Assembly (NCBI GenBank): GCA_022009995.1
Contig: CP091734.1
Coordinates: 18,801 to 82,800 of the forward strand
Length of the DNA: 64,000 nucleotides
Direction: 5' to 3'
Origin: Clostridiales bacterium
GTDB taxonomy: Bacteria; Bacillota; Clostridia; Christensenellales; CAG-917
Under the pieces are notes generated by a model, which ran no database searches, had not been told where the DNA came from, and saw only the letters and a list, made by a program, of their open reading frames with translations. A program made the translations under genes and the position numbers. Of the stretch, positions 53,021 to 62,261 are shown one piece after another. The stretch's first letter is position 1. Each line of letters opens with the position of its first letter.

Positions 53021-53899
53021 TTACAAAGATAAAGCGGCATTTGCGATTTTTTCGTCGGCGCTAATGAAATATTTTTCGTAAGATTTCCTGCAATATCTTT
53101 CGTGCCTGCCGGATGGCATTGCACCCGCGTTTTCGAAATTATATTTTCCGTTGACGCGCCACCCGTTCAGAAGAGCGATGTCGAACGCGTCTTTCGGACA
53201 GTTGAAACTGCACCTGACGCAGCACGCGCAATCGCCGCCGAACACGAATTTTCCGTCCACGATTTTTACGTTTTCTTCGGGACAGTTTTTTATGCAAAGT
53301 CCGCAATTCACGCACTTTTCCATGTCGACTTTGAAAAATCTTCCGTTGACTTTCATTGCGGGATGTTCGATTCGAAACAGTAATGCGATAAGGTGTCCAA
53401 ACGGTATTTTTTTGAGTTTATGCGGCGTAAGGCTTAAAATTTCACGCGCTTCGACGGGGGCGAGATTTTTTGCGGTATGCCACATTTTGTATGCCGCCGC
53501 GTCGTCGTGTCGGAATATCATATTGTACGGCATAACGTAGTGGTATTCCGCAAAATAATCGTATCCTTTTTCCTTCAAAATACTCACGAGTTTGTACGAC
53601 GAAACGTTATTAAGCGCCAGCGGTTCTCCCGACGATTTCAGCACAAACAATGGTTTATCGTGCGTTTTTGGCATATCATATGCAAATTCCAGCACATTGT
53701 ACGGCGCGTTGAAACCGTGTATCGGATAACACACGCCCACCGCGTCAAAGTCTTCGACGCACTTAATGCGCGCGCCTTTTTTTATGTCGACGATCGTCGT
53801 TTCAACGTCGTTTTTTATGAACTCGTCCGAAAACAGGTTTGCGATTTTTCTTGTGTTGCCCGTGCCCGAAAACACGCATATCAATATCTTTTTCATCAT
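53021..53899 (-). CDS. EFR1-family ferredoxin (flavodoxin-like domain + 2x[4Fe-4S] ferredoxin domain)
   Basis: Intact 292 aa. N-terminus ILICVFSGTGNTRKIA. Cluster motifs CVNCGLCIKNCP and CACCVRCSFNCP. Confidence 0.8.
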   Translation of the reverse strand: MMKKILICVFSGTGNTRKIANLFSDEFIKNDVETTIVDIKKGARIKCVEDFDAVGVCYPIHGFNAPYNVLEFAYDMPKTHDKPLFVLKSSGEPLALNNVSSYKLVSILKEKGYDYFAEYHYVMPYNMIFRHDDAAAYKMWHTAKNLAPVEAREILSLTPHKLKKIPFGHLIALLFRIEHPAMKVNGRFFKVDMEKCVNCGLCIKNCPEENVKIVDGKFVFGGDCACCVRCSFNCPKDAFDIALLNGWRVNGKYNFENAGAMPSGRHERYCRKSYEKYFISADEKIANAALSL

Positions 53900-55456
53900 A
53901 ATCTTTTGTATTTTGCATGACCTTCCGCGTCAAAGAAATATACTGCGTCCTCGCCCTTTGCGTGCGAATCGTACCATATCGTCTGATAAAACGGAGTAAA
54001 CTTTGCCTGCCTGTCGAAGTCCCACGGTTCGGGCGCGTTGTCGATGCACCAGTGCCCCGCTTTCAGTATCGTGTAAGGTCTTGCGTAAAACTCCTGTCCG
54101 TCGTGAGTGCGCCACAAAAGTTTCGTATATAAATCGCCCTTTCATTGACTCGCTTAAAACTGCGCCGCCTCTGAATTCCGCGGCGTCCTTCATATCGTTT
54201 ATATCGAGTTCGTTTTCGGGTTTCGTTTCGTCATAGCCGTGCGACAGGACGTAGCCGTTCCGCTTTAAGTGATTTATGTTTTTCATTTCCAGGTAATCGA
54301 CGTCGCCGTCGGGCAATTCGCCCTTTGCAAGCACGGCGTAATCGTCCCAACTTTTTGGCATACATTCCAGATTTTCGCGGCTGCCGAAATACGCGCGGAC
54401 TTTCCCTTCGTCCTTGTTTCTTATCCAGTGCGTCGGGCTGTTTTCGTCTTTCAAAAGCCTTTCGATTGCAAATTTCCTTATCACCCTTGACGGGAAGAAT
54501 TTTGCAAGTTTGTAATACGGATGCCGTTTCAAAATTTCCTGCCAGTAGTCCTTGACGGTTTCGCGCTGGAAATCGAACATATTTTGCAGTTCGTCGCTGT
54601 CCGAAAACCACAGCCCGTGGAAGTTCCGGATGCTGTTCCACCCCGGTTTCATAAACTTTTCGGTGCTACCGCCGATAATTTCAAACCCTTCGTTGAAAGT
54701 GTCGTAGCCGGTCACGCGGTTTCTTGCGCCGCCGCCGATGTTGAAGCAGCGTTTCCAGAAATTTTTGACGCCGTTTTCTTCATAGTCGCGCTTAATAATG
54801 TTTTTGATCAGAAGTCCGCTGTCGCGCGCCGTCACCCATTCAAGCGGCACGTTGAAACAGGTGTGAAACATCAGTCCGTCCTTCATATTGTTGGTGAGCA
54901 TACGGTAATGAAGTATCGCGGTTTGTCTTAAAATTACAAAGTTTTCGATTTCGCTTTCAAGCACGATCCACTCGCCTTTTACCTTCGTTTCGGCATAGAC
55001 GTCGTAAACGCTTGGCAAAAGCGGATCGCCTACCCTTCCCCACGGGTGCAGATAATTCCTGTTTCCGTAAACCGCGACAGTCGAAGTATGGATAAATTTC
55101 GGCTGTTTGTGCATGGATTCCACGGCTTTCACAAGGTTCTGAACGCCCGTAACGTTGCAGGCGCGCGTAAGTTCGGGCGCGTGGTCGGAATCGGGCGGAA
55201 TGACCGCGGCAAGATTGACGACGTAGTCGGCGTCTTTCACAAGGCTTTCGCAATCGGAATAGTTTGCGATATCGCCAAAGATTTGCTCGACTCTGTCGCC
55301 GTACTTTTTCTTGATTTTCCGCGCGAATTTTCTTTCGTTATTGTTGTTTAGGTATAAAAGTTTGATTTTATCGACAAAAGGAAGCGACAAAAGCGCAGGC
55401 AGAGTTTCTCTGCCCATGTTTCCGCTTGATCCTGTGAGCGCAACGGTAATTCCCAT
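53896..55456 (-). CDS. NAD(P)-dependent epimerase/dehydratase (extended SDR) with ~200-aa uncharacterised C-terminal extension (1 frameshift near 54100-54130)
   Basis: Rossmann motif VALTGSSGNMGRE. The C-terminal tail in ORF 53896-54117 is (LWRTHDGQEFYARPYTILKAGHWCIDN...). The stop overlaps the EFR1 start (ATGA). Confidence 0.8.
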
Positions 55457-55546
55457 AAATCCCTTCTTATTTTGCTTATGTAAATATGATAAATCTGTCA
55501 TATTACCGTGCGGTGACAAAAATATTACAATTTAATTACAATTTTA

Positions 55547-55572
55547 ATAAAAAACGCCCTGATTTCGGGCGC
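55547..55572 (-). terminator. Hairpin terminator (first of two related hairpins)
   Basis: CGCCC-TGATTTC-GGGCG with a T-run on the minus strand. Confidence 0.6.
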
Positions 55573-55596
55573 AAAAAATTCTTATATAAATGCAAA

Positions 55597-55615
55597 GCGC
55601 CCGAATTTCGGGCGC
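55597..55615 (-). terminator. Hairpin (second copy, GCGCCCG-AATTT-CGGGCGC)
   Basis: 7-bp GC stem with a weak T-tract on the minus strand. The core is almost identical to the hairpin at 55555-55571. Confidence 0.45.
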
Positions 55616-55796
55616 CTTACATAAAGAGGAATTTTATTACAAGTTTATAGGTTTGTTGCTGATTTGTAATTATAATATACGATAAAATAATTACATCTGC
55701 GTGACAAATTCATTACAAAATTATTACAAAGTCGATTTGTGTCGATTTTTACGACTTCGCTGTCAAAATACCACTGTTGCAAATTGCCTGTTTTTA

Positions 55797-56498
55797 TTAA
55801 AAATCATATTCTTCGATAAAACCGACGAATTGCAATTCCTTTTCGTTCAGATATTTGATTTTCACGCCCAACGTCCTATCGTTGGGGATTTCGGGATAAG
55901 TTCTTAACGACGTAACGCTTAATACGTTATCGCTGATTTCCGTTTTATATCCGCGTTGCTTATAATATTCTTTCAGTTCTTCAATCGTGAGCGAACACAT
56001 GTAAGTAACGTCGGCTATATCCTTGGAACTGTCAATCCTGCTGCTTAACAAGTGCTCGGGGAAAAACACTTCTTTTGACGTTTCTCCGCTTTTAAGCCGA
56101 CAGCCCATTGAATCGATAACGTATCGGGTGTAATTTTTGGGCACTTTTGCGGTTTCGTCGTTTTCCTTATATATAACGAAACTGAAAGTCAATGACAACG
56201 GCAACTTTTTTACGTCAATAACGATTCTGTCGTTTACGATGACAGACTGCATATGGTTTCTGTCGTTAATATCGTCGCAAAGCGTTTGCAAATCGCCCTT
56301 GTAACAAAAGGCTTGTTTACCATCCGTCGGAGCAAATCTTGTGCGGTTTTTAACGTTCAACATCAAATTTACCTTATACGTCGTTGTAAAATCGTCACAA
56401 TAAATCATGTTGCTTTTTGAGGAGCAGCCGGAAAAAACAAACGGGAAAATAATCAGCAACGCCAAAAAACAAACAATAAGATATTTTCTCTTTTTCAT
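55797..56498 (-). CDS. Hypothetical lipoprotein
   Basis: Intact 233 aa. Signal peptide + lipobox LLIIFPFVFSGCSS. I recognise no family. Confidence 0.75.
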   Translation of the reverse strand: MKKRKYLIVCFLALLIIFPFVFSGCSSKSNMIYCDDFTTTYKVNLMLNVKNRTRFAPTDGKQAFCYKGDLQTLCDDINDRNHMQSVIVNDRIVIDVKKLPLSLTFSFVIYKENDETAKVPKNYTRYVIDSMGCRLKSGETSKEVFFPEHLLSSRIDSSKDIADVTYMCSLTIEELKEYYKQRGYKTEISDNVLSVTSLRTYPEIPNDRTLGVKIKYLNEKELQFVGFIEEYDF

Positions 56499-56578
56499 TG
56501 TTGTTATCTCCTTTGTTTAATATCTATAAATATATTTTACTATACTTTTTAACAAAAATCAATATGCGCTTTTCGCAA

Positions 56579-56602
56579 TGAAAAACCGCCGAAATTCGGC
56601 GG
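56579..56602 (-). terminator. guaA intrinsic terminator
   Basis: CCGCCG-AAATT-CGGCGG followed by T5 on the minus strand. Confidence 0.75.
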
Positions 56603-56617
56603 TTGGTGGCTTTTAAT

Positions 56618-58153
56618 TTATTCCCACTCGATTGTTGACGGGGGCTTACTTGTGATGTCGTAACATACGCGGTTGATACCTTTCACTTCGTTGACGATCC
56701 TTGACGAAATTTTTGCAAGGAGCCTGTGCGGTATCGGCGTATATTGCGCCGTCATAAAGTCGCTTGTATTGACCGCGCGCAGTGCGACAAGATAATCGTA
56801 CGTCCTGTAATCGCCCATAACGCCTACGGTTTTGACGCCCGTGAGCACCGCAAAATATTGCGAGGTTTTGACTTTCGATTTTTCGATTTCTTCACGATAA
56901 ATTTTGTCGGCTTTTCTCAAAATATCGCATTTTTCTTTCGTAACTTCGCCCATTACCCTGACGGCAAGTCCGGGACCGGGGAACGGCTGACGGTTGATAA
57001 GGAAGTCGGGAAGCCCCAATTTCTTGCCAACGATACGGACTTCGTTTTTGAAAAGCCCGTTAAGCGGCTCGACAACGCCCTTGAAATTGAGTTTTTCGGG
57101 AAGTCCGCCGACGTTGTGGTGCGATTTTATGACCGCATTGTGCTTTCCGCCCGACTCGATAATGTCGGGATATATCGTACCTTGCGCAAGATAACGCGCG
57201 TTTTCAAACTTCCTCGCTTCTTCTTCAAACACGTGAGCGAATTCCGCGCCGATGATTTTACGCTTGCGTTCGGGATCGGTAACTCCTTCCAGCTTTTTCA
57301 AAAATCTTGCTTCCGCGTCGACGCGTACGAAATGCAAATCCATCTTTGAGAAAATGCTCTCGATTTCGTCGCCTTCGTCCTGACGCATAAATCCGTGATC
57401 GACGAAAATGCAAATGAGTTGCTTGCCGATTGCGCGGCTTAAAAGGGTTGCGGCAACACTGCTGTCAACGCCGCCCGAAAGCCCCAGAATCACGGTGTCA
57501 GTGCCGACCGTTTCGCGCACTTCCTTGATTTTTCTTTCGATATAATCGCCAAGGTCGTAGTCAGCATTCGCTTTGCAGATTTTGAAAAGGAAATTTTGCA
57601 ACACCTTTTGTCCCTCGACCGAAAGCTCGACCTCGGGATGGAATTGCACGCCGTACAATTTCTTTTCGGAATTTTCAAAGGCGCAAATCGGGCATTTTGC
57701 CGTGTGTCCAATGACTTTGAACCCTTCCGGCACGGTTTCCACGCGGTCGCTGTGGCTCATCAATACTTTGGTGGTCGCGCTCACGCCGTCGAAAATTTCC
57801 GCTTTCACGTCAAGGTTTGCTTTCGTCACGCCGAATTCGCTTGTCTTGCAACTGACGACCTTGCCCTTTAAGGTATGGCACATAAGTTGCATACCGTAGC
57901 AAATGCCAAGGACAGGCACGCCGAGCGACAAAATTTCCGCGTCGAATTCCTGCGCGCTTTCGCCGTAAACGCTGTTCGGCCCGCCGGTCAGAATAATGCC
58001 GATGGGGTTGATTTTTCTGACTTCTTCCGCGCTGATGCTGCCCGATTTCACAAGAGAATACACTTTTGCGTCCCTGATACTGCGGGCAATCAATTCCTTA
58101 TATTGTCCCCCGAAATCGAGGACGAGAACCGTTTGATTATTCAATTTAAGCAC
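56618..58153 (-). CDS. guaA: GMP synthase (glutamine-hydrolysing)
   Basis: Intact. VLDFGGQY, nucleophile GICYGMQL, PP-loop LGLSGGVDSSVAA, C-terminus PPSTIEWE. The true start may be TTG at 58144 (GAGGTG-N6-TTG) rather than GTG at 58153. Confidence 0.96.
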   Translation of the reverse strand: MLKLNNQTVLVLDFGGQYKELIARSIRDAKVYSLVKSGSISAEEVRKINPIGIILTGGPNSVYGESAQEFDAEILSLGVPVLGICYGMQLMCHTLKGKVVSCKTSEFGVTKANLDVKAEIFDGVSATTKVLMSHSDRVETVPEGFKVIGHTAKCPICAFENSEKKLYGVQFHPEVELSVEGQKVLQNFLFKICKANADYDLGDYIERKIKEVRETVGTDTVILGLSGGVDSSVAATLLSRAIGKQLICIFVDHGFMRQDEGDEIESIFSKMDLHFVRVDAEARFLKKLEGVTDPERKRKIIGAEFAHVFEEEARKFENARYLAQGTIYPDIIESGGKHNAVIKSHHNVGGLPEKLNFKGVVEPLNGLFKNEVRIVGKKLGLPDFLINRQPFPGPGLAVRVMGEVTKEKCDILRKADKIYREEIEKSKVKTSQYFAVLTGVKTVGVMGDYRTYDYLVALRAVNTSDFMTAQYTPIPHRLLAKISSRIVNEVKGINRVCYDITSKPPSTIEWE

Positions 58154-58233
58154 CTCGTAAATTTTAACAAATGTAAGTATATAATATTTTTAATTTTTCC
58201 GCAAGTTTTAAGGGGCTGTTTTGAAAGCGACGT

Positions 58234-58260
58234 TAAAAAAAGACGCAAATTTTTGCGTCA
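58234..58260 (-). terminator. Intrinsic terminator overlapping the stop of the beta-helix protein gene
   Basis: GACGCA-AATTTT-TGCGTC followed by T7 on the minus strand. Confidence 0.7.
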
Positions 58261-59608
58261 ATGACGATATTGCGGTTTTTCGTCGGGCGCAATGAACGAA
58301 GCGTCGGCGTATCCGTAAACGTTCGCAACCGACAAAAACGCCGAAACGATGCTGTTTTCGGGTATCGTGATTTTTTCAGGTGGTTTTCGTAAAGCCCGTT
58401 GAGTTTCGCCGCGTTTTTCCCGCCGCTTTTTGAGCAAATCACGAAAATCGACGACGAAAAGTAATATTTTCCGTTGCATTCGACAAGATTTTTCTTGGCA
58501 TTGCCGTTATTTATTACCGCCTGAAAACCGAGTTTACGGTTTTGTAAAAGTCGCCGTTGCCGTCTTCCAGCATAACGCGCGCGCTGTCGGACGATTTCCA
58601 GCAATAAAACTTTGTGTTGAGAATATTTATCGTGCAATATGACGATTCTTCCACGATTTCGTCGCACCAGTTCATAATGCCGGCAACGTTGGAGTTTGCG
58701 ATGACGGAATCTTTGAACGTCAGCGTCGAATTGTTGCCCGTCGTGGTTTTGAGCGACACGTTCGCTTCGGCGGCGTTGTTGAAAACGCATCTCACGAATT
58801 CGACGTCGGAGCGACTGATCGCCACGTTGCGATAAGAATTTTCAAACACGCAATTCGTGAAAGTCGCTTTTGTTTTTTCGACAAATTTCGCGTCGCTTTT
58901 TTTGCCGTTGCCGATCTCGACGGGTATGCCGCAGTACAAAAAATCGTCAAGTACGACTTCTTCGCCGGCACTTACCGTTTTTCCCGAAAAGCGCGTGTCG
59001 ACAACGTTCTGCCCGTATCCGATAAACCTTATGCTTACGCCGAAGTACCGGCTTTCACCCGTCCGTTTTGCCGAAATTATGCTTTTGCCGTTGCCGAAAA
59101 TATCGCGCTTCATTTTGAAAGTGACGTCCCTCGATTCTTCGGGAAGCAAATTCAGGTCAATATCGTTTTGCAGCACAAGGTTGTTCGACAAATAAGAATA
59201 CTTGCTTTTGTCATACAAAAAATCCGCCGCGCTTCTCACGTTGACACCATCGACGAGCCGCACGTTTCTTCCGTTCACGCTTATCGTGACTTTCGTCACG
59301 TCCACGTCCGCAAAATCGACAAAATCACCGTTTGAAACGCCGTTTATCGACACTTTAAGGTCGTCTTCTGCCGACAGCGACAAAATCTTCCTTACGTCGA
59401 AATCAGATTTCAACACGCCGTCTTCGTCGTATATCTTGTTGCCGAGATACTCGTTTTCCGCCTTATATTCAAAGTTCGCGTGCGCGACGGTCGGCGGCTC
59501 GATTTTGGTCGTGGCGACGTATCCGTAAAGCACGTCCGCGCCGACGGATAGCAAAAGCGCGACGATTACCGTCACGATTATAAACAGTGCGCCCTTCCAT
59601 TTAACCAT
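58258..59608 (-). CDS. Membrane-anchored protein with parallel beta-helix-like repeats (2 frameshifts near 58514 and 58380-58400)
   Basis: N-terminal TM ALFIIVTVIVALLLSV. Repeat-like FTNCVFENSYRNVAISRSDVEFVRCVFNNAAEANVSL..FKDSVIANSNVAG. The tail continues through ORFs 58233-58790 and 58258-58479 (..ITIPENSIVSAFLSVANVYGYADASF..). Confidence 0.65.
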
Positions 59609-59620
59609 ACTTTCCTAAGC

Positions 59621-59652
59621 CTAAAAAGCGACAGCAAAAACGCTGTCGCTTT
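59621..59652 (-). terminator. Intrinsic terminator after the DUF2804 gene
   Basis: AGCGACAGC/GCTGTCGCT stem followed by a T-run on the minus strand. Confidence 0.75.
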
Positions 59653-59667
59653 CGGCATATTAAATTA

Positions 59668-60681
59668 TTACCACTTATTGTAAACTTTTTCGCAGAATGC
59701 GTACATATCCTTGATTTCAAGCACCGTGCCGTCGTCAAGCGTAACCGTGCCGTTCCAAAGCCCGTGCACCTGATGAGTAAGCATGCCGACGTTGGGAAGC
59801 ATTACGCCGTTGTGATTGTCGTAAAACGGCGTCATGGTCAACTCGAACCTGCCGTTTTCTTCGTGGAATTTCCACGGATCCATCCAGCGTTTGTCGGGCT
59901 GATATTCAAGATATACTTCGCCGAGTTTATGGCACTTGCCGTCGTACATGAGCGCGGTTTCGCGTCCTTTTTCGGGCGCGCCGATGCCCCAGGTGATTTC
60001 AAAGCCGAACAACTTGCCGTCGATATACGTCGTGCCGTTGCCCCAGAACCAGTAGTTTTTATGATCCCATACGCCGCGTCCCCAGTCAAGCACCGTGAAC
60101 AAATCGTCGCGGTTGCCGTCGATGACTTCGCTGCCGATTTTCACAAATCCGCGCGTGGGCATGCAGTTGATTTTTTCGGTAAAGAAGAAGTGATTTGCGT
60201 GCTTTTCAAACGGATTCATAATGACTATGCTCTCGCCCGTGTAGTTGTCCGCCCAGAAGTCGCACTCGATTTTCGGGCTCTTCCAGTAAAGGTGACGTTT
60301 TCCCTTGGTAACCTCGAACCTTAAAACCTTTTTGCCCTTTTTGCGTTCAAACGTATAAGGCTCTTCGCCATTCCTGTTGACGGGGAATTTGTTTGCCGTC
60401 GCAAGGTCCAGAATCATGTCGTTGACGACTTCGCCGGTTTTCAGGTTGACGTAACCGATTGTCGCGGCAGACGCCAGCGAAATATTGAAAAAGTTAAGCT
60501 GCACGATGAAATCTTTGCAACCGACCTGATAAAAGTCCCACTCTTTCACCGTCCATTTCGACGCTCTGATGTCTTCGCGGTTGTACTCGATAATATTGCG
60601 TCTTGCCCAGCCGGGCTGAGTCAGCGAGCCGTCTTTATTTAAAAGTTTAATCGGCTCTTTTACTTCGATTTGCGTACTCAT
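59668..60681 (-). CDS. DUF2804 domain-containing protein
   Basis: Intact 337 aa. N-terminus ..LLNKDGSLTQPGWARRNIIEYNREDIRASKWTVKEWDFYQV resembles the DUF2804 family. AGAGGTGA RBS. Confidence 0.7.
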   Translation of the reverse strand: MSTQIEVKEPIKLLNKDGSLTQPGWARRNIIEYNREDIRASKWTVKEWDFYQVGCKDFIVQLNFFNISLASAATIGYVNLKTGEVVNDMILDLATANKFPVNRNGEEPYTFERKKGKKVLRFEVTKGKRHLYWKSPKIECDFWADNYTGESIVIMNPFEKHANHFFFTEKINCMPTRGFVKIGSEVIDGNRDDLFTVLDWGRGVWDHKNYWFWGNGTTYIDGKLFGFEITWGIGAPEKGRETALMYDGKCHKLGEVYLEYQPDKRWMDPWKFHEENGRFELTMTPFYDNHNGVMLPNVGMLTHQVHGLWNGTVTLDDGTVLEIKDMYAFCEKVYNKW

Positions 60682-60776
60682 AATTCACCTCTTATAATTT
60701 ATACTAAACACTAATTGTTTAGAAACAATGTAATGTATTCCGTCTTGCGCCTTATGTCAATAAGTCGTTAAGCTGC

Positions 60777-60941
60777 AAGCGCGTACTTCCCGTACGAAAC
60801 TGACGACACTCACTCCCCTTAATATGGTTTTGCCGATAACGCAGATGGACATTTGTAAGGCGTACGGTGCGTAGATTTTCGGCAACTGGGTTGATTTGAG
60901 GAAGGCGCGTACTTTTAGCGTACGTAACTGACATTACTCAC
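60777..60941 (+). repeat. Two ~38-nt imperfect direct repeats (60777-60813, 60902-60941), each containing a CGTAC-N5/7-GTACG hairpin, within a 318-bp non-coding region
   Basis: AAGCGCGTACTTCCCGTACGAAACTGACGACACTCAC versus AAGGCGCGTACTTTTAGCGTACGTAACTGACATTACTCAC. A third AAGGCGTAC core lies at ~60857. A 7-bp stem TTGCCGA/TCGGCAA lies between them. Confidence 0.7.
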
Positions 60942-60999
60942 GCCCTTTTTATTGTTTGCCGGGGTCCCCAAAGCAAGGAACGCAGGTTTGGGGTGTGCA

Positions 61000-62220
61000 T
61001 TACAGACCTGAATCAAAGTTTTCCAATGCTTTCACCGCCACCTCAAAACACGTCGCAAGACTTTCTTCGTCAAGATTGTCAAAGGTGTCCTTGCGGGTGT
61101 GATAATAATCTTCAAGGTTATGGTTCATTGCGGTGATGCCGACGGCTTTCATACCGCCCTGATTGAACGCCGCGCTGTCGGTCGCTCCGAACGGTACGCC
61201 GATTTTCTGCACGGGAATTCCAAGTTCCGCACCGGCGTTGAAGAACAAGTCGATTGCGTGCTGATCGGACGGCACGGTATTGTTAAGGTCGTTGACGTTG
61301 ACGCCCAAAAACTTTGCGTCGCGGATAGTGTCGATTGCAAAAATCAGCGTTTCGACGTCGTCAAATTCCTTTGCGTGCGCTTTTGTGAACGCCTTTGCGC
61401 CGCGAAGCCCCGCTTCTTCACTGCCCGTGATAAGCACGCCGACTTCGGTATTTTCAAGGTTTACGTTCTGGTCTTTCAACGCCTTTAAGACGGCAATGCT
61501 CATAAAACAACCGGTAAGGTCGTCGTTTGCGCCGTCGACGACGATTTTCTCGTTCCACATAAAGTACATTGCAATCCAAAGCGGAACGAACGCAAGACAA
61601 ACGTATCCCAGAATATTTGCGACGTTTGCCGCGAGAAACGGCGTCTGCGAATATTTGTTCGCAATGCAAAGAATAATCGCGATGAAGAAATAAAACACGC
61701 CGATAAAACTCGTAATGACGTGGGCGATATAGCCCTTTCCGCCAAGGTGATAGTTGAAAGTCCACTCGTGCGCGGCGTCAACGTGTCCGCTGAAAATAAT
61801 GCGGCGATGGACTTCGCCCGTCGGGTGTTTGACGGCATAAAGATTGTGCGAAGTCTTTTTGACGAAAAGTTTGTCAACAACCTGCTTGTACATTACGAAT
61901 TCGCCAACCATAAGCGCGGTCGCGACGACGAAAAGCACCAGCGACGCGACGGGTTGGAAAAAGTACGCCGCAAGCGCGATAAGATACAGCGACACGCTGA
62001 TGTATATCCAGCCCATGAATGCGGCGGGATACACGGGAAACGGTTCAAGCCTGATGTCGTCGGCATAAGGTTTCAAAAGTTCGCCCATATATTCGGCGGC
62101 TTTTTTCTCGCCTTCGCTTCCCGCCGAGCGTTTTCCGAAAGTTTTAATGACTTTCTCGATATGCTCTGCCATAAAGGTTGCGCTTTCGCGTTTGTTTTCT
62201 CTTATTGAATCAAATCCCAT
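61000..62220 (-). CDS. M28-family metallopeptidase with inserted transmembrane segments
   Basis: Intact 406 aa. Metal-ligand contexts FSGHVDAAHEW, DDLTGC, ITGSEEAGLRGA. Several hydrophobic helices in the N-terminal half. Confidence 0.8.
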   Translation of the reverse strand: MGFDSIRENKRESATFMAEHIEKVIKTFGKRSAGSEGEKKAAEYMGELLKPYADDIRLEPFPVYPAAFMGWIYISVSLYLIALAAYFFQPVASLVLFVVATALMVGEFVMYKQVVDKLFVKKTSHNLYAVKHPTGEVHRRIIFSGHVDAAHEWTFNYHLGGKGYIAHVITSFIGVFYFFIAIILCIANKYSQTPFLAANVANILGYVCLAFVPLWIAMYFMWNEKIVVDGANDDLTGCFMSIAVLKALKDQNVNLENTEVGVLITGSEEAGLRGAKAFTKAHAKEFDDVETLIFAIDTIRDAKFLGVNVNDLNNTVPSDQHAIDLFFNAGAELGIPVQKIGVPFGATDSAAFNQGGMKAVGITAMNHNLEDYYHTRKDTFDNLDEESLATCFEVAVKALENFDSGL

Positions 62221-62261
62221 AATTTATCCTTATTTATCCTTTTTAAGGGCGACGCCCTGTA

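Noticed and set aside
58154-58257. Purine riboswitch upstream of guaA
   Set aside because: The 100-nt spacer contains only the upstream gene's terminator and AT-rich promoter-like sequence. I did not see the conserved purine-aptamer junction sequences.
60752-60934. 60-aa minus-strand ORF in the M28/DUF2804 spacer
   Set aside because: It has no RBS and spans the direct repeats and hairpins. Its composition (Arg/Leu/Thr/Gln-rich) is unlike that of neighbouring genes, so the region is better explained as non-coding structure.
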